Below, one piece after another: positions 28,266 through 32,000 of a stretch of 32,000 nucleotides of DNA. The notes beneath the pieces are model-generated. The model ran no database searches, was not told where the DNA came from, and saw only the letters and a program-made list of their open reading frames with translations. The translations under genes and the position numbers were made by a program. Each line of letters opens with the position of its first letter. Position 1 is the stretch's first letter. Origin of the DNA: Ignicoccus pacificus DSM 13166 (lineage in GTDB: Archaea > Thermoproteota > Thermoprotei_A > Sulfolobales > Ignicoccaceae). Where the stretch lies: assembly GCA_025340205.1 (NCBI GenBank), contig CP006868.1, forward strand, positions 720,001 through 752,000. The letters are read 5' to 3'.

Positions 28266-29852
28266 GTGACGAAATACGTGTTCGTAACCGGAGGAGTACT
28301 ATCCAGCTTAGGTAAGGGAATAATAACGGCCTCCACGTCTCTCCTCTTTAAGAGCATGGGCTACAGCGTTACTGCAATAAAGATTGACCCCTACGTCAAC
28401 GTAGACGCCAGTACCATGAGCCCCTTTGCCCACGGAGAAGTCTTCGTGACGGAAGATGGGGGAGAAACTGACCTCGACTTGGGTCACTATGAAAGATTTC
28501 TGCATCAGAACTTAAGTAAGAACAACAATATAACAACGGGTAAAGTCTTCAAGAGGGTGATTGAAAAAGAGAGAAAAGGATTATACTTAGGCCAGACCGT
28601 TCAAATAATTCCTCACGTTACCAATGAAATAAAGGAAATGATAAGGGAAGTTGCCGAGGGCTATGACATAGCCGTTGTAGAAATAGGAGGTACTGTGGGC
28701 GACATAGAGAGTCTACCGTTCTTGGAAGCGGCCAGACAGATGTGGATCGAGAAGAATAAGCGCGACGTGATATTTGTTCACGTAGCTCTCCTCCCAGTCT
28801 TAAGGAGTACGGGCGAGCAGAAGACCAAACCGGTACAGCATTCGGTACAAGAACTTCGAAGAATAGGAATACAGCCGGATATAGTCATTGCTAGATCCGA
28901 AAGGCCCGTGGAATCTGAAGCCAGAAGGAAAATCGCCCTATATTCAAACATACCAGAGAAAGCCGTATTCTCCGACCCCGATGTAGAAGTGATATATGAG
29001 GTACCTCTTATTCTTCATTCACAAGACTATGACAAGTACTTAAGTGAATTATTAGGGGTTGAATGGAGAAAACCGGAGCTAGGAAAATGGGAGGATTTCG
29101 TCAATAGACTGAAGAACTTAGACGAGGGTCCTAAACTAGCAATGATAGGGAAATACACAAAGCTAAAGGATAGCTACATGAGCATCATAGAAGCATTAAA
29201 GCACTCTAGCGTCGTGGTGGGAAAGAAACCTAAGTTGATATGGGTCGAGGCCACAGACGTGGAAGAGGGCAAGTTAGATCCCAAAGAGATAGCCGAGAAG
29301 GCGGATGCTGGAATAGTTCTTCCTGGATTTGGAAGCAGAGGTGCTGAAGGAAAGATCAAGTTGATAGAGGCCTTTAGAGAGAATAGAAAGCCACTCTTAG
29401 GTATTTGCTTTGGCATGCAGATGATGGTAGTAGAAGTTGCAAGGAACTTAGCTGGCTTGGAGGGTGCGAATAGTACCGAAGTGAATCCCAATACACCACA
29501 TCCCGTCGTAAAGATACTAGATGAGCAGAAATGGGTCAAATACTTGGGTGGAACACTAAGAGTCGGTGCTCGTAAGGTTCTCATAGAGAAGGGCACAAAG
29601 CTCTGGGAAGCCTATGGATCAGAGAGCGTCATGGAAAGACATAGGCATCGTTATGATGTGAATCCTTCTTACGTGGACGTTCTGGAAAAAGCCGGTTTGA
29701 AGATATCGGCGTGGGATGAAAATAGAGTGATTCCGGAAGCCGTGGAGCTCAAGGATCAGTTGTTCATAGGGGTACAGTACCACCCGGAGTACAAGAGCAG
29801 GCCACTAACCGCCTCAAAGGTCTACACATACTTCTTGAAGAAAATATCTTAA
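28266..29852 (+). CDS. pyrG: CTP synthase
   Basis: From GTG 28266: TKYVFVTGGVLSSLGKGIITASTSLLFKSMGYSVTAIKIDPYVNVDASTMSPFAHGEVFV; GATase part GICFGMQMMVVE and GVQYHPEYKSRP. Confidence 0.97.
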   Translation: MTKYVFVTGGVLSSLGKGIITASTSLLFKSMGYSVTAIKIDPYVNVDASTMSPFAHGEVFVTEDGGETDLDLGHYERFLHQNLSKNNNITTGKVFKRVIEKERKGLYLGQTVQIIPHVTNEIKEMIREVAEGYDIAVVEIGGTVGDIESLPFLEAARQMWIEKNKRDVIFVHVALLPVLRSTGEQKTKPVQHSVQELRRIGIQPDIVIARSERPVESEARRKIALYSNIPEKAVFSDPDVEVIYEVPLILHSQDYDKYLSELLGVEWRKPELGKWEDFVNRLKNLDEGPKLAMIGKYTKLKDSYMSIIEALKHSSVVVGKKPKLIWVEATDVEEGKLDPKEIAEKADAGIVLPGFGSRGAEGKIKLIEAFRENRKPLLGICFGMQMMVVEVARNLAGLEGANSTEVNPNTPHPVVKILDEQKWVKYLGGTLRVGARKVLIEKGTKLWEAYGSESVMERHRHRYDVNPSYVDVLEKAGLKISAWDENRVIPEAVELKDQLFIGVQYHPEYKSRPLTASKVYTYFLKKIS

Positions 29853-29875
29853 CTTAGTTAGCGTCTCACACGAAC

Positions 29876-30823
29876 TTACTTTATGTTGACTCCTAGAATC
29901 CTAGCTACTTGCACCAGAGCAGCGGAGCTCTGAGCTCCCATCACAGCTATGGCCTTACCGGTCTTGGGATTCAAGAGGATAGTCGTTGGTGTGGCGATTG
30001 TTGGGAACAGTTGGTGAGCCTTCATCATCTGTTCGTTATACCACCCCTTTAGAGCGTTAATCGCTTGCGTCTCGTTTTTCACTTGCTTTACAAGTCCGTA
30101 TTCCTTCACTACGTTGACAATGTTAACTAACTCCTTTTTAGCGTTTACTAATGCCTCCAAATTAGCTATTATCTTGTGTTCTAGATCGAAGAACTTTTGG
30201 GTTTCGTTACCATTCGCTAGCTCTTGCTGTACGTAAGCCAAAGCCAAGCTCTGGTTGTAACCCTTAGTGTAAGTGTGGAAAGCTATCATCACTGGTATCA
30301 TGTAAATCTTACCCTCTTTTGCCCAAGTCTCTATCAGCCTACCTCCGCCCTCTAGGTAAAACCTAGCACAGTAGGGACAGAAGGGATCCAGCAGTTCAAT
30401 AACCCATAGCGAGCTCTTGGGATTACCCATACCCTTAGGCATCCCACCGAATACTTCGAATAGCTTTTTGGTAAAGTTACCGTGATAAATATACACCGCT
30501 ATACCGTTTATCGGAACCAGACAATAAGTAGAGCCGCTGCAGGAGTTATACAGAGGTAGGCCAGCCTTCTTGCAGCTCGCAGCTTGTGCTTGATTAACCT
30601 TTACTAAGGCTGCTGGTAACCAGCCGGTATAATCCGGCAGTAACTTAGTTACATTATCGACAAGAACGTCGTTCTTTAGTACCATACCGACCTTAAGCTT
30701 CGGGTAGATCTTCTGAGTCAAGCTGTCTATTAGAATTACTGCATTGTGGGATACGTTTACACAGCTCTTGGCAGCGAGAACGAACGCTGCCAACACTAAC
30801 AAAGAGACCATGACCTTCTTCAT
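29876..30823 (-). CDS. secreted DsbA-like thiol:disulfide oxidoreductase
   Basis: 315 aa: signal-like MKKVMVSLLVLAAFVLAAKSC; LWVIELLDPFCPYCARFYLEGG with CPYC, TPTTILLNPKTGKAIAVMG. Confidence 0.82.
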   Translation of the reverse strand: MKKVMVSLLVLAAFVLAAKSCVNVSHNAVILIDSLTQKIYPKLKVGMVLKNDVLVDNVTKLLPDYTGWLPAALVKVNQAQAASCKKAGLPLYNSCSGSTYCLVPINGIAVYIYHGNFTKKLFEVFGGMPKGMGNPKSSLWVIELLDPFCPYCARFYLEGGGRLIETWAKEGKIYMIPVMIAFHTYTKGYNQSLALAYVQQELANGNETQKFFDLEHKIIANLEALVNAKKELVNIVNVVKEYGLVKQVKNETQAINALKGWYNEQMMKAHQLFPTIATPTTILLNPKTGKAIAVMGAQSSAALVQVARILGVNIK

Positions 30824-30848
30824 CCTTCGCGACCCTAAGGGAGGATCC

Positions 30849-31193
30849 TCAACTCCTTAAAGGTATATTTCTTTTCTTCATTGATTCCTTCATAGCCCTT
30901 CTCACATGTTCTACGTCTACCGTTAAGTTCCCCGTGGTTCCCTCTTGTACTAGCACGGTCTCCCCATTGATAAAGACCTTCACGGTGGGGATCATGTATA
31001 CTTTCTCTTCATCCATTATTGAGGGGGTTATTGATACATCCACTTCCCTAACTTTACAGTTAAATCCCTCTAACTCTTCCATCATTTTCTCATACAATCT
31101 CTTGCTCTCCTCTATCCAATCTGCAGTGAAAACTACTACGGTTACTCCCTCTTTCTTTTCCTTTTCAAAGTCTTCTTTGTTAATGATTAGCAA
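30849..31193 (-). CDS. thioredoxin-fold protein without CxxC
   Basis: 114 aa: VTVVVFTADWIEESKRLYEKMMEEL...VREVDVSITPSIMDEEKVYMIPTVKVFINGETV; WIEES in place of WCxxC, cis-Pro IPT retained. Confidence 0.75.
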   Translation of the reverse strand: MLIINKEDFEKEKKEGVTVVVFTADWIEESKRLYEKMMEELEGFNCKVREVDVSITPSIMDEEKVYMIPTVKVFINGETVLVQEGTTGNLTVDVEHVRRAMKESMKKRNIPLRS

Positions 31194-31235
31194 GTTCCAC
31201 CCTATCGGAGGAATTGGTTCATATATCTAAAAAGA

Positions 31236-31511
31236 TTAGACCAGCTCTAGCTTCTTCAGCCTACCATAGTTGAACATGAGAGTATAACCGCAGTTCTTAC
31301 ATCTGAGCTTGACAACTTGATTTTTAGTCACCTTAGCGAACCTCTTTTGCTCCGGCTTCCTCTGAGAACCGTATCCCTCTTGCTTCCTCCTATATCTCCT
31401 CTCTCCGAGAGCGAGAGCCCTCCTCTTTCCATGTTTATAGACAGTGACGGAGTGCGGAGTGTGAGTCTTGCACCTTGGACAATACCTCCTTATCTCCTTG
31501 GGTACCTTCAT
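31236..31511 (-). CDS. rpl44e: 50S ribosomal protein L44e (eL42)
   Basis: 91 aa: MKVPKEIRRYCPRCKTHTPHSVTVYKHGKRRALALGERRYRRKQEGYGSQRKPE...VVKLRCKNCG. Confidence 0.96.
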   Translation of the reverse strand: MKVPKEIRRYCPRCKTHTPHSVTVYKHGKRRALALGERRYRRKQEGYGSQRKPEQKRFAKVTKNQVVKLRCKNCGYTLMFNYGRLKKLELV

Positions 31512-31612
31512 CTCGTCTGACCCCCGAAACCCTCACAACTTAAGGTAAAATAAGGGTTCCGAGTACCCCACACTCTAAAGATTACATGATCAAACCCCTC
31601 TCGGGGATGTGA

Positions 31613-32000
31613 TTGGACGTACAGAGTCACCCTACCAGCGTCAAGTTATTGAAAGAGGAAATCGTGAAATGTCCTGTTTGCCATGAGAACAAGATGAAGG
31701 TCAGCATATATCAATATGATATGCCGTTGATGGGACCAGTAATAGTAGTCGTTGGCAAGTGCGAGAGCTGTGGTTATAAGTTCGTGGACATAAAAACCGT
31801 CGAAAGTAAAGGGAGACAAGAGATAGTGTTCAAAGTAGACAAGGAGGAGGATCTAAATACCTTAGTGTTGAGATCCTCTACGGCATCTCTAGAGATACCG
31901 GAACTGGAGGCTGAAATAGCACCGGGGCCCGTCTCTCAGGGCTTCCTCACCACAGTCGAGGGTGTCCTTCAAAGGTTCAAGGATATACTCAACTTCTTGT
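31613..32000 (+). CDS. ZPR1 zinc-finger domain protein (partial, runs off window)
   Basis: TTG start, translation from sequence: KEEIVKCPVCHENKMKVSIYQYDMPLMGPVIVVVGKCESCGYKFVDIKTVESKGRQEIVFKVDKEEDLNTLVLRSSTASLEIPELEAEIAPGPVSQGFLTTVEGVLQRF, a ZPR1 signature. Confidence 0.88.
   Translation, partial: MDVQSHPTSVKLLKEEIVKCPVCHENKMKVSIYQYDMPLMGPVIVVVGKCESCGYKFVDIKTVESKGRQEIVFKVDKEEDLNTLVLRSSTASLEIPELEAEIAPGPVSQGFLTTVEGVLQRFKDILNFL

Noticed and set aside
29174-29596. 140-aa minus ORF antisense to pyrG
   Set aside because: Fully within the strongly supported CTP synthase frame.

Overview
Compact, almost fully coding crenarchaeal-type chromosomal segment. Archaeal signatures are Rad50 with a zinc hook, HerA, RIO2 kinase, DUF460, L44e, ZPR1, AspRS of archaeal type and class-II NAD synthetase. 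I see no CRISPR array, phage module or transposase. Confident content: carB (partial)-carA, tRNA-Ile(GAT), a DUF1464-like protein, argF, a TFB-like fragment protein, rad50, tRNA-Ser(CGA), nadE, a DUF460 / RIO2 / HTH / DUF61 gene string, a zinc-ribbon protein, herA plus a zinc-ribbon/REase-like partner, aroD, tRNA-Ala(GGC), a sugar nucleotidyltransferase, a metallophosphoesterase, an MBL hydrolase, serS, an amidohydrolase-like protein, glnA, an AspRS, pyrG, a DsbA-like protein, a degenerate thioredoxin, rpl44e and ZPR1 (partial). The two observations most worth following up are these. (1) A very GC-rich island at about 21198..21260 (minus strand) reads as the exact 5' half of a tRNA-Gln(CTG), cut at the canonical 37/38 position. 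It has a TATA-like box at about -27 but no 3' half nearby, so it is a candidate split (trans-spliced) tRNA half. (2) A two-gene unit, herA plus a 449-aa wHTH / multi-zinc-ribbon / PD-(D/E)XK-like protein, has a disordered acidic C-terminal tail carrying three copies of an (E/D)EFFG motif, the last at the C-terminus. All family assignments are from recognition of the given translations; no searches were run.
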